Shown: positions 10,689 to 19,151 of the stretch, piece after piece
Position numbering within the stretch: the first letter of the stretch is position 1
Layout of the letters: the number at the start of each line of letters is the position of its first letter
Source: a virus
DNA length: 64,000 nt
Virus record (IMG/VR): IMGVR_UViG_3300024348_000023
Span: 1 to 64,000 of that record
Reading direction: 5' to 3' (one strand)
Notes under the pieces: model-generated
Told to the model about the DNA's origin: nothing
The model's database searches: none
Seen by the model: only the letters and a program-made list of their open reading frames with translations
Made by a program: the position numbers and the translations under genes

Positions 10689-11582
10689 ATGGCAATTAGG
10701 AACTTTGGTAAACATGGCAGGCGCAAAGTGTCTGTCCCAAACGTAACTGGATCAACCAGGTCTAATGCTCAAATAGCAATTACTTCAGCTCAATTAACAT
10801 ACTCAGAGTCTTCAACAAATACATCCGATATTGGTCTTTCGCAAGTAGTTCAAAGCCAAGGAGTTTCTTCAGGGTCTGTTGTTTTAATAGGAAGTAATAT
10901 CCCATTTACTTATTATAACTATGTCGCACCCCCAGTCGTTCCACCAGTGGTTCCACCAGTCAACCCTCCAGTCAACCCTCCAGTTGTTCCTCCAGTAACC
11001 CCACCAGTTGCACCTACAATTAATTCAATTACAGAGTCATCAACATGTACAACTATCTCTATTAATTGGTCAGGAAGCAATGCTGCTTCATATGCTGTTA
11101 CAAATTCTACAGGTTGGACTTCTCCTACATCAGGTGAAGGCGGAAATTCTGGATCTTGGACAGGAACTATTGGTGCTTGCGGTACTACAAGAACAGCAAC
11201 CCTTCGACTCTACTCTGGCCCAGGACAAACTGGACTTTCAACATCACAAGCGTTCTCTATAAGTACAATATCTTGTGCTACCTGTTTCCCTCCAGTGGTT
11301 CCTCCAGTGGTTCCTCCAGTGGTTCCTCCAGTGGTTCCTCCAGTCAACCCTCCAGTCAACCCTCCAGTCAACCCTCCAGTCAACCCTCCAGTGGTTCCTC
11401 CAGTGGTTCCTCCAGTGGTTCCTCCAGTGGTTCCTCCAGTGGTTCCTCCAGTGGTTCCTCCAGTGGTTCCTCCAGTGGTTCCTCCAGTAACTCCAGCGGT
11501 TGATTGTTCTACAGCATCTTGCGCTAACGACCCAGGCAGAGCTTGTTGCTTCTATTTAAGAGGCGTTTGTCGTGCTTGCTAA
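10689..11582 (+). CDS. PASTA-domain, Pro-rich (PPVV/PPVN) protein with Cys-rich C-terminus
   Basis: VSVPNVTG..A..I....L...VVQSQ...G..V..GS; two PPVx tracts; ends CSTASC..RACCFYLRGVCRAC. Confidence 0.75.
   Translation: MAIRNFGKHGRRKVSVPNVTGSTRSNAQIAITSAQLTYSESSTNTSDIGLSQVVQSQGVSSGSVVLIGSNIPFTYYNYVAPPVVPPVVPPVNPPVNPPVVPPVTPPVAPTINSITESSTCTTISINWSGSNAASYAVTNSTGWTSPTSGEGGNSGSWTGTIGACGTTRTATLRLYSGPGQTGLSTSQAFSISTISCATCFPPVVPPVVPPVVPPVVPPVNPPVNPPVNPPVNPPVVPPVVPPVVPPVVPPVVPPVVPPVVPPVVPPVTPAVDCSTASCANDPGRACCFYLRGVCRAC
11289..11492 (+). repeat. 12-bp tandem repeat, 17 units
   Basis: (CCTCCAGTGGTT)4 (CCTCCAGTCAAC)4 (CCTCCAGTGGTT)8 CCTCCAGTAACT. Confidence 0.95.
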
Positions 11583-11620
11583 AAAATAAGTAATTTACTA
11601 TTTATTTTTTTTGTTAGATA

Positions 11621-11629
11621 TGCTATACT
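11621..11629 (+). promoter_or_regulatory. extended -10 promoter (TGCTATACT)
   Basis: Intergenic, upstream of the AGGAG RBS of 11655. Confidence 0.6.
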
Positions 11630-11654
11630 AAATATTAAAATCAAGGAGAACATT

Positions 11655-11870
11655 ATGTCTAATAGAAAAATTGCCATGATTAATAACAATAATATTGTTA
11701 CTGAAATTATAGTTTTTGATGGAACAGATATTGCTGAACAAGGTGTTATTGCTGGAATGCTTTCTGATCCAAAGTGTTTTGAAATAGATTCAAATTCAGG
11801 AGCAACAATGGGATGGACTTATGTTAATGGAATAGCATACCCTCCACAAGAAACACTTGAGGTTATATAG
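11655..11870 (+). CDS. small acidic protein (fibre chaperone-like)
   Basis: C-terminal GWTY.NG...P motif; paralog of the next gene. Confidence 0.7.
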   Translation: MSNRKIAMINNNNIVTEIIVFDGTDIAEQGVIAGMLSDPKCFEIDSNSGATMGWTYVNGIAYPPQETLEVI

Positions 11871-12062
11871 ATGATAAAAAAATTTATTTTAGTTGTTGAT
11901 GAAGATGTTGTTACAGAAATGACTATGCCAAATGTAAATAAGTTTAGTGAGCTTATTGATACATTATCAAATAATCCAAGATTTGTTGAAATACCAATAG
12001 ATTCTGAAATAGAAAAAGGCTGGGTCTGGGATGGAAATAATTTTTATCCACCACAAAATTAG
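11871..12062 (+). CDS. small acidic protein (fibre chaperone-like)
   Basis: GWVWDGNNFYPP motif. Confidence 0.7.
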   Translation: MIKKFILVVDEDVVTEMTMPNVNKFSELIDTLSNNPRFVEIPIDSEIEKGWVWDGNNFYPPQN

Positions 12063-12073
12063 ATTGGAAATTG

Positions 12074-12316
12074 ATGTCAGAAAATAAAAAATCTTTATGG
12101 CAACAGTATAAAGAAAATCTAGGAGAAACCAGACCTTGGGATTTAATTAATCCAAATTCTGAATGGGCATCTGAAGAAGAAGCAGAAAAAAGGTATGCTA
12201 TTTGTAAGGGATGTCCAGAGCTTATTCAAGCAACAAAACAGTGCAAAAAATGCGGTTGTTTTATGGCAGCAAAAACTAAATTACAAAAAGCTTTATGCCC
12301 ATTAGGAAGGTGGTAA
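12074..12316 (+). CDS. Cys-rich small protein (DUF6171-like)
   Basis: R..ICKGCP...QCKKCGCFM..K......CPLGRW. Confidence 0.75.
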   Translation: MSENKKSLWQQYKENLGETRPWDLINPNSEWASEEEAEKRYAICKGCPELIQATKQCKKCGCFMAAKTKLQKALCPLGRW

Positions 12317-12317
12317 T

Positions 12318-12884
12318 ATGAAAGAATTAGCAACAGGAATTGTTTTATTTGAAAACGTATTTCCCGAATCAATGGAGTATATAAAAAAGATAGAAGAGTC
12401 AGGCATTTCTTGGAGAGCCGCAGAGGTACTTGTAAATGAACAAGAGCATGAATCTGGAACAAATACAAAAGCTAGAGATACAGATTTAATTATGCTTCCA
12501 CATCATGCTGATCAAGGATACTCCGTTCTTAATGAATTTACAAAAAGGTTTCATGAGCAGATGAAGCCATGCTTAGATCAATACATGGCAGCCTATTACG
12601 CAAAGATAGAAAAGTTTGAAAGTCCACAATTGCTTAGGTATGGTAAAGAGCAAAAATTCCATGATCATATTGATGACCATCCATTTTTTACTCGTAGAAT
12701 ATCTTTGACTTATTATTTAAATGACGAATATGAGGGTGGAGATGTTGAGTTTAAAAGACACGGCCTTAGATTTAAAGCAAAAAAGAATGATCTTTTAATA
12801 TTTCCATCAAACTTTTTATACAACCATGAAGTTCATCCAGTTGTAGATGGATTAAGATATGTGGTGGTTCAATGGATGGCATAA
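12318..12884 (+). CDS. 2OG-Fe(II) oxygenase, prolyl-4-hydroxylase-like
   Basis: HID, YLNDEYEGG, FPS...HEV.PV..G.RY (HxD...H...R). Confidence 0.85.
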   Translation: MKELATGIVLFENVFPESMEYIKKIEESGISWRAAEVLVNEQEHESGTNTKARDTDLIMLPHHADQGYSVLNEFTKRFHEQMKPCLDQYMAAYYAKIEKFESPQLLRYGKEQKFHDHIDDHPFFTRRISLTYYLNDEYEGGDVEFKRHGLRFKAKKNDLLIFPSNFLYNHEVHPVVDGLRYVVVQWMA

Positions 12885-13429
12885 ATAAAGAAGTTGGATT
12901 AATTAAAAATGTTTTAAGCTCTACAGACTTTGATAGACTTTGTATGCATTTTAAAAATCATGAAGGCCTTGATATAGCCCCTACCGATGAATTTGGTAGA
13001 AAATTGGCGGGAGATAAATCAGAACCAATATTAAAAGAATTTAGTGAGCTGTTATTGCCAAAGGTACGAGAGTATTTTGGAAGTCAAACAATGCTTCCTT
13101 CATATTCTTTATTTGCAGAATATTCTGATGAGACAATCAGTCTTCATAAGCATAAAGACGCAAATGCTTGCACATACACACTTGATTTAGTTCTCTATCA
13201 AGGAGATCCCTGGGCATTGTATGTAGACGGAAAACCCTACATAGCAAAACCAAACGAAGCAATTCTATTTATGGGTGAAGATTACGAGCATTGGAGAGAA
13301 ACACTTTATAACAATACTGGCAAAATAGGTGTTGTATTTTTCCATTACGTAGAGCCAGATCATTGGTATTTTACAAAAGGCCCAGAATACGTGAAAGAAA
13401 TATGGGCACAGCGACAGACACAGAAATAA
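12872..13429 (+). CDS. 2OG-Fe(II) oxygenase-like protein
   Basis: LHKHKD..ACTY, G..YEHWRE, VFFHY. Confidence 0.75.
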   Translation: MDGINKEVGLIKNVLSSTDFDRLCMHFKNHEGLDIAPTDEFGRKLAGDKSEPILKEFSELLLPKVREYFGSQTMLPSYSLFAEYSDETISLHKHKDANACTYTLDLVLYQGDPWALYVDGKPYIAKPNEAILFMGEDYEHWRETLYNNTGKIGVVFFHYVEPDHWYFTKGPEYVKEIWAQRQTQK

Positions 13430-14364
13430 ATTTTCTTCATCCAGGGGTATCTTACAGTAATGTTAGATCTTTTGACCATGAAGAAAATACCGTTTATGAG
13501 TTTGATAATGTTAGATATGCTAAAACAAATGAAGAAACAAGAATAAGAAAGCTAAAGGGAACCTATCTTCCAATAGTCCCAACACCTCATTATTTTCATT
13601 TCCTTAAAGAGTACCTAGGATCTTTTTTATATTATCGGGAGCATGTAGATCCTAACGCTAAAGTCTTATGGATAAATCTACACTGGGAAGCTCAAGACTA
13701 TCATGACACGCATGAGCCAATTCAAAAAACATTAGATCTTTTATCAGAAAAAAATATTCCAATTGTCTTTTTAAGTATAGACTCTATTTTTAATAATAAT
13801 ATAGAATTTGAAAAAGTAGCAGTAATTTATGACACAGCAACATTTTTTGTATCTACGGAATTTCCTTATTTTGATCAATTTAAACATACAAATAACGAAC
13901 AGGTTAGAGATTTTTTTAAAGACTTTATGTTAAAAGACACAGCCTATCCTAAAAAAGTATATGTTTCTAGAAGAAGTGTAAGTAAGTATTTAGATAACCA
14001 CGATATGAAAAATCACATATCTAGATATAATGAAAAGCATGTTGAGGATGCACTAGAAGATTTTTTTGTTCAAAAGGGGTACCATGTAATAGATTTTTCA
14101 GGCATGCCAATACAAGAACAAATTATGTATATGTACAATGCCACTCATGTATCTGGCCTAATGGGTGCAAATACGTGGAATGGAATTTTCTGTGATAATG
14201 GAGTGAAACACTATTGCCTACAAACTCATATGTGGTTTAATCACGAATATGATAAAGATATTGAAAAAGTAATTGATTTTGAATACCAGCTAGTAAAAAT
14301 ACATAATCTTGAGTCTTATGAGTCCGTATTCAAGGATCTCTCTGATCAAATTGTTGATGCGTAA
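13402..14364 (+). CDS. glycosyltransferase family 61 (DUF563-like)
   Basis: HYFHFL.E, KVYVSRR, MPIQEQI...NATHVSGLMGAN..N.IF; ATG at 13402 preferred over TTG at 13363. Confidence 0.75.
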   Translation: MGTATDTEINFLHPGVSYSNVRSFDHEENTVYEFDNVRYAKTNEETRIRKLKGTYLPIVPTPHYFHFLKEYLGSFLYYREHVDPNAKVLWINLHWEAQDYHDTHEPIQKTLDLLSEKNIPIVFLSIDSIFNNNIEFEKVAVIYDTATFFVSTEFPYFDQFKHTNNEQVRDFFKDFMLKDTAYPKKVYVSRRSVSKYLDNHDMKNHISRYNEKHVEDALEDFFVQKGYHVIDFSGMPIQEQIMYMYNATHVSGLMGANTWNGIFCDNGVKHYCLQTHMWFNHEYDKDIEKVIDFEYQLVKIHNLESYESVFKDLSDQIVDA

Positions 14365-14969
14365 GAGTACAACTCAATATCTTTTTTATTGTATTCTTTA
14401 ATAGTATCTAAAATTTCTTTGTTGCTATTTATTAGACTCAAAAAAGGATCCTCTATTGGCATAAAGGTTTGTTCATAATCTTGAGGATAATATGGAAACT
14501 CATGGGATATTTCAAGAGCAGATAGCACCTTGTTTCTAAATTTATTTTCATTGCCCTGCAAACCTTCAACACGAAGAAGCATATTTATTCTTGAAAGGTT
14601 ATTACCAATAGTTTGAGATTGATAGTTTCTAACGTGTTTGGTATCAAGCCACACTAAAAGGTTTTCTATGGTAAGGGTTGGGCAATCTCTGTCTCTCCCC
14701 TTTCCGTGAGTTCTAACCCCATTTTCCCCATAGTTAGACCACCATACAAAATCCGAAAGGGTCCTCCAAACTGGATCCCTAACTAAACATAATATAAAAG
14801 TTTGAGAGTCAAAGTCTTTCCAGTGGTTGTGATCCGCATGGTTTTTATTTAAGCTTATTGCAGATATACCTTTTTCTTCAATGGCCTTATATAAGCCATC
14901 AAACATCCTAACCCCTGCCGTTTTTGCAGTTATTTTGTCAAGATGTAAAAAATAAAATTGATTATACAT
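14346..14969 (-). CDS. sulfotransferase-like protein (Sulfotransfer_2-like, divergent)
   Basis: FYFLHLDK, LVRDPVWRTLSDF, RNYQS, YNKKDIELY. Confidence 0.6.
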   Translation of the reverse strand: MYNQFYFLHLDKITAKTAGVRMFDGLYKAIEEKGISAISLNKNHADHNHWKDFDSQTFILCLVRDPVWRTLSDFVWWSNYGENGVRTHGKGRDRDCPTLTIENLLVWLDTKHVRNYQSQTIGNNLSRINMLLRVEGLQGNENKFRNKVLSALEISHEFPYYPQDYEQTFMPIEDPFLSLINSNKEILDTIKEYNKKDIELYSYASTI

Positions 14970-14975
14970 ACCCTT

Positions 14976-15001
14976 TATAGTATATCAAATGATATACTAT
15001 A
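14976..15001. promoter_or_regulatory. perfect inverted repeat forming divergent extended -10 promoters
   Basis: TATAGTATATCA-AA-TGATATACTATA gives TGATATACT on both strands between divergent genes. Confidence 0.7.
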
Positions 15002-15027
15002 GGTATCTAGACCAATAGGAGAAAACG

Positions 15028-15744
15028 ATGACAGTTAAAGTTGAAGCAAGATCAATAGTGGATTTTTTCCCACAAGAGCTTTTTGAAAAAGTTAAAGCTC
15101 AGGTTTTATCTTTAAACATGGGTCCAGGCGGACCGCATTTTTATCATCCAGTCGCTGGAAGATGGCTAACAGAAATTAATTTTGACGATGAAACAGAGTC
15201 TGAAATACTTGAGATAGCAAAAAAGACCTTCGGAGTGGATACTATAAAAAGAGCTGGTTTCCATACTGCTAGATATCAAAAACAAAATGGAATTAAGCCA
15301 CAGCTGTGGAAGCATGTAGACCAGTCAGCATGCCAATACTCTTTAGATATTTGTATTGAAAAAACAGTCGACTGGCAATTAGTAGCAGATGAAAAAACTT
15401 TTGACGAAGCTCCAAATCAATGTATAGTTTTTTGTGGTAATGATCACATGCATTATCGCCCAGAATATCCAACTGAAGATGAAGACAAGTATGTAACTTT
15501 GTTGTTTATGCAATTTGCTGAGCCAGATCACTGGTTCTTTTCAGAAAACAGATCTGAAGGATTTGCAGAAAATAGCTGGAAAAATGATTTTAAGTTTAGA
15601 GCTAAATACGGTTACTGGGCTATGCCAGACTATAGTAACAATAGGCCCATTTGCAAATGCTGCGACTACAGGCATGTAGCTAACTTTGAAGAAAAATATC
15701 AAAATGAAAAAGAATATTGGGACTCTCAGTACTCCAATTCTTAA
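15028..15744 (+). CDS. 2OG-Fe(II) oxygenase-like protein (paralog of 12872)
   Basis: LWKHVD..ACQY, G..HMHYR, EPDHWFF; C-terminal CKCC. Confidence 0.75.
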   Translation: MTVKVEARSIVDFFPQELFEKVKAQVLSLNMGPGGPHFYHPVAGRWLTEINFDDETESEILEIAKKTFGVDTIKRAGFHTARYQKQNGIKPQLWKHVDQSACQYSLDICIEKTVDWQLVADEKTFDEAPNQCIVFCGNDHMHYRPEYPTEDEDKYVTLLFMQFAEPDHWFFSENRSEGFAENSWKNDFKFRAKYGYWAMPDYSNNRPICKCCDYRHVANFEEKYQNEKEYWDSQYSNS

Positions 15745-15794
15745 GGTTAGTAGTATAGAATAGCCGTAAAAGGTTTGGGGGTATAATATAATAT

Positions 15795-18482
15795 ATGGCA
15801 ACATCATTTCCTACCTCTAAAGACGACTTTGTAAATCCTCAATCAACGGATTCTGTACAAACGGTATCTCACGCTGCCCAGCATGCTAATGCTAATGATG
15901 CTATTGAGGCACTTGAGAATAAGGTTGGTGTTAATAATTCTACCGACCCTAATTCTTTAGATTATAAGGTAAAACAACTTGAGCTAAATTTCCTAGACGG
16001 GGAAGAGGTTCAAGATTTAGCTGCAGCACTTTTAGATCATGCTGATCACTCCAATGTAAATGTAACCTATAACGACATAGCCAATAAGCTAATATTAACC
16101 GTTTCAAATGCCCCATCTGCTGGGTATACATCTATTGTAAAGCATACAGTAAGAGCTGGCGAAGGAATGGTTGCGGGTACCCCAGTTTATGTAACTTCAG
16201 CAAATGGAACAAACATGATTGTTTCAAAAGCTAGCAATGCTGGAGAAGCAACATCTTCAAAAACTTTAGGACTACTCGCTCAAAATTTAAACGTAAATAC
16301 AAATGGTTTTGTTATTACAGAAGGACTACTTGCAGGATTAAATACAAGTGCTGCTGCAGCAGGAGATCCAGTATGGCTTGGACCCACAGGCACACTAATC
16401 TATGGATTAACAAATAAACCAAAAGCGCCAAATCATTTAGTTTTTATAGGTATAGTAACAAGATCCAATCAAAATAATGGTGAGATATTTGTTAGAGTAC
16501 AAAATGGATTTGAGCTTGAAGAACTTCATAATGTTAACATAACTGCTCCAGCAACAGGCGAAGTTTTAATATATAATGCAACCACAGGGCTATGGACCAA
16601 TACAAATACAATTGCCTCAAAGTCATATGTGGACACAGCGATTTCTGGATTAAGCAATACAGCATCAACAACATATGTGCCACTTTCCTTACTTGGAAAT
16701 GCAGATGGAGTTGCAGAACTTGATGAAAATGGATATGTTCCGCAAGCACAGCTTAACATAGATGAAAGAATTCAAGATGTAGCTGCAAAGCTAATAACAG
16801 ACGGAACTCACTATAATATATCTGTCTCATATAATGATACAAACGCAACACTAAGTTTAAGTGCAAATTATGACGATGAAGAAGTAATGGATGCAATTGC
16901 TACGTCATTAACGGCGGGCAATGGAATAACAAAGACTTACAATGATGCTGAAAATACAATAACCCTTGCAGTAGATACTTCCGTTATAGCAGATAGAGCA
17001 TATGTAAATACAGCAATATCAAACCTTATTGATGGTGCACCCGCACTTCTTGATACATTAAATGAAATTGCAGCAGCAATTGGCGATGATTCAAATTTTG
17101 TAACAACAATAACAAATGCTCTTGCCACTAAATTAAATATAGATACTGCTGCAAGCACCTACCTGGCTATTGCTAATGCCGACGAAATAATTCAAGACAC
17201 CGTTGGCGGTATGGTATCTGGAAATACAGAACCAACAGGGCTTTCAGTTACATATGATGATCCAACTGGAAAACTTAATTTTGCAGTAACTACAGCAGAC
17301 CTACCAGGCTTTACAGAAGCAGCACAAGATTCCGCTGCAAGCTTATTTACTCATTCAGGACACTCAAATGTTACGGCAACTTATGATGATGTAGCAAATA
17401 GAATTAATCTTGCGGTAACTGCACAGTTAACTCAAGAACAAGCTCAGGACTATATTGCGCCACTTTTTACACACGGCTTAAACCCTAATATCAGTGCTAC
17501 ATATGATGATCAAAACAATCGTTTAATTCTAGAAACAATTATTCCGCCATCAAAAGCAATTGTCTCAGCATTTGCTCCCTCAAACCCAGCAGATGGAGCA
17601 TTCTGGTTTGATTCAGACGAATATAGAACTGGAACCACTAAAGCACTAAAGGTTTGGCAAGCATCTACAAGCACATGGGAGTATGTTGCCTCAGATCTTT
17701 CGTTGTCAACAACAAATACATGGACTTCTAAGAACACATATACAAATGGTGTAATTATTGGATTAGATGCCGCACCAGCATCACCAGTACACGGACAAAT
17801 ATATTACAATAAACCATTAAACAAACTTAAGGTTTGGGATGGCATCCTCTGGCAAGATATTCAAGGCGCTGGCGGCGGCGGAGGACTTACATTAATTCCA
17901 ACAGATGATACAGCCCCACCAAGCACATTCTTTGTTGGCCTAATTGCACCACCATCAGGAGCAACTACAACAGGTGATCTTTGGATTGATGTTGATGATA
18001 TTGATACTCCATTCAATCAATTTTATACAGGCGGAGTAGCACCAGATCCAGCTCAATATGAATTTTGGGTTGATAATGTTGAACCAATTCAAGAATTAAT
18101 CTATAGCGCAAATGAGCCAGGAACACCAAGTTACCCTGGAGAACTTTGGATTGACACAGATGATTATGATGGAGCAATTGTAGAATTTGGAGCTACTCCA
18201 CCAAATCCAAATAACGTTCAGCTATGGGTGGATATAAATGAAAATGAAAGCCCAAGCTATTATAAAGATTTAACATTTACTAACTATGCAACAGTTGCAG
18301 ATTTTCCATCTAATGCTCCAAATGGATATGTTGCTTCTGATGCATCAAGTGGGTTGGCATATGTAAGAAGCCAAGGTCAATGGTTGGCTATAGTAACTTC
18401 AGCAAATATAAATACGATTATTTCTTCAAACTCAACAGTATTTGAAGATTTGAAAGCCCTAACCTGGATGGGATTTGAATAA
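15795..18482 (+). CDS. large fibre/adaptor structural protein
   Basis: MATSFPTS.D N-terminus, repeated TYDD..KL.L units, APALLDTLNEIAAAI, C-terminal acidic W(I/V)D repeats. Confidence 0.75.
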   Translation: MATSFPTSKDDFVNPQSTDSVQTVSHAAQHANANDAIEALENKVGVNNSTDPNSLDYKVKQLELNFLDGEEVQDLAAALLDHADHSNVNVTYNDIANKLILTVSNAPSAGYTSIVKHTVRAGEGMVAGTPVYVTSANGTNMIVSKASNAGEATSSKTLGLLAQNLNVNTNGFVITEGLLAGLNTSAAAAGDPVWLGPTGTLIYGLTNKPKAPNHLVFIGIVTRSNQNNGEIFVRVQNGFELEELHNVNITAPATGEVLIYNATTGLWTNTNTIASKSYVDTAISGLSNTASTTYVPLSLLGNADGVAELDENGYVPQAQLNIDERIQDVAAKLITDGTHYNISVSYNDTNATLSLSANYDDEEVMDAIATSLTAGNGITKTYNDAENTITLAVDTSVIADRAYVNTAISNLIDGAPALLDTLNEIAAAIGDDSNFVTTITNALATKLNIDTAASTYLAIANADEIIQDTVGGMVSGNTEPTGLSVTYDDPTGKLNFAVTTADLPGFTEAAQDSAASLFTHSGHSNVTATYDDVANRINLAVTAQLTQEQAQDYIAPLFTHGLNPNISATYDDQNNRLILETIIPPSKAIVSAFAPSNPADGAFWFDSDEYRTGTTKALKVWQASTSTWEYVASDLSLSTTNTWTSKNTYTNGVIIGLDAAPASPVHGQIYYNKPLNKLKVWDGILWQDIQGAGGGGGLTLIPTDDTAPPSTFFVGLIAPPSGATTTGDLWIDVDDIDTPFNQFYTGGVAPDPAQYEFWVDNVEPIQELIYSANEPGTPSYPGELWIDTDDYDGAIVEFGATPPNPNNVQLWVDINENESPSYYKDLTFTNYATVADFPSNAPNGYVASDASSGLAYVRSQGQWLAIVTSANINTIISSNSTVFEDLKALTWMGFE

Positions 18483-18518
18483 GCATTCTGGTATACTTTA
18501 GGGTAGGAGGGTCATAAC

Positions 18519-19139
18519 ATGTCACTAAAAAGATGGAATGGTAGCTCATGGGTTACCGTCGCTGGTTCAAGACCAGGACCCCAAGGTGCTACAGGACCTA
18601 CAGGTCCAGCAGCAACTATTTCTGTAGGAACAGTAACAACTGTATCAGCAGGAACTTCAGCAGCAATTACAAATGGTGGAACATCATCAGCTGCAATATT
18701 TAACTTTCAAATTCCAGCAGGACCAACTGGTGCAGCAGGTGCTGCAGGATCACAAGGTGTGGCGGGACAAAGAGGTTCTTATACTTTTACAGGAATCAAT
18801 AATCCAACATCACAGAATCCAGCAAGTAAGCTAGGGCTAGACACATATTTAAATACAACAACTGGAGATTATTTCCAATATAATTCTTCAAACTCTACTT
18901 GGGTACTTCAAGGAAACTTAAAGGGCCCAGTGGGAACAGCTGGCACACAAGGTATTACTGGCCCAACTGGAGCAACAGGGCCAGCTGGAGAGACAGCAGT
19001 AAATAATGTTATAGCAGAATTAAATAGTTGGAAGGCAGACCAGATACTTAATCTTGGTGTATACTATCCAAAGTATGAATTCTTAACAAATACGTCACAA
19101 AACAATGCAACAATTTTAGCAACAAGCATGATATTCTAG
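18519..19139 (+). CDS. short collagen-containing fibre-associated protein
   Basis: LKRWNGSSW, G-X-Y runs, DTYLNTTTGDYF. Confidence 0.7.
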   Translation: MSLKRWNGSSWVTVAGSRPGPQGATGPTGPAATISVGTVTTVSAGTSAAITNGGTSSAAIFNFQIPAGPTGAAGAAGSQGVAGQRGSYTFTGINNPTSQNPASKLGLDTYLNTTTGDYFQYNSSNSTWVLQGNLKGPVGTAGTQGITGPTGATGPAGETAVNNVIAELNSWKADQILNLGVYYPKYEFLTNTSQNNATILATSMIF

Positions 19140-19151
19140 GAGACAAAAACT

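Noticed and set aside
11289-11492. Possible CRISPR array
   Set aside because: 12-bp units with no spacers, in frame within a CDS
11008-11503. Alternative-frame ORFs with SSGS or LQWF repeats
   Set aside because: By-products of the stop-free 12-bp repeat; no RBS
11499-15744. RiPP cluster with a Cys-rich precursor
   Set aside because: No leader peptide, peptidase, transporter or RiPP-class enzyme; the Cys-rich part is the tail of a larger protein
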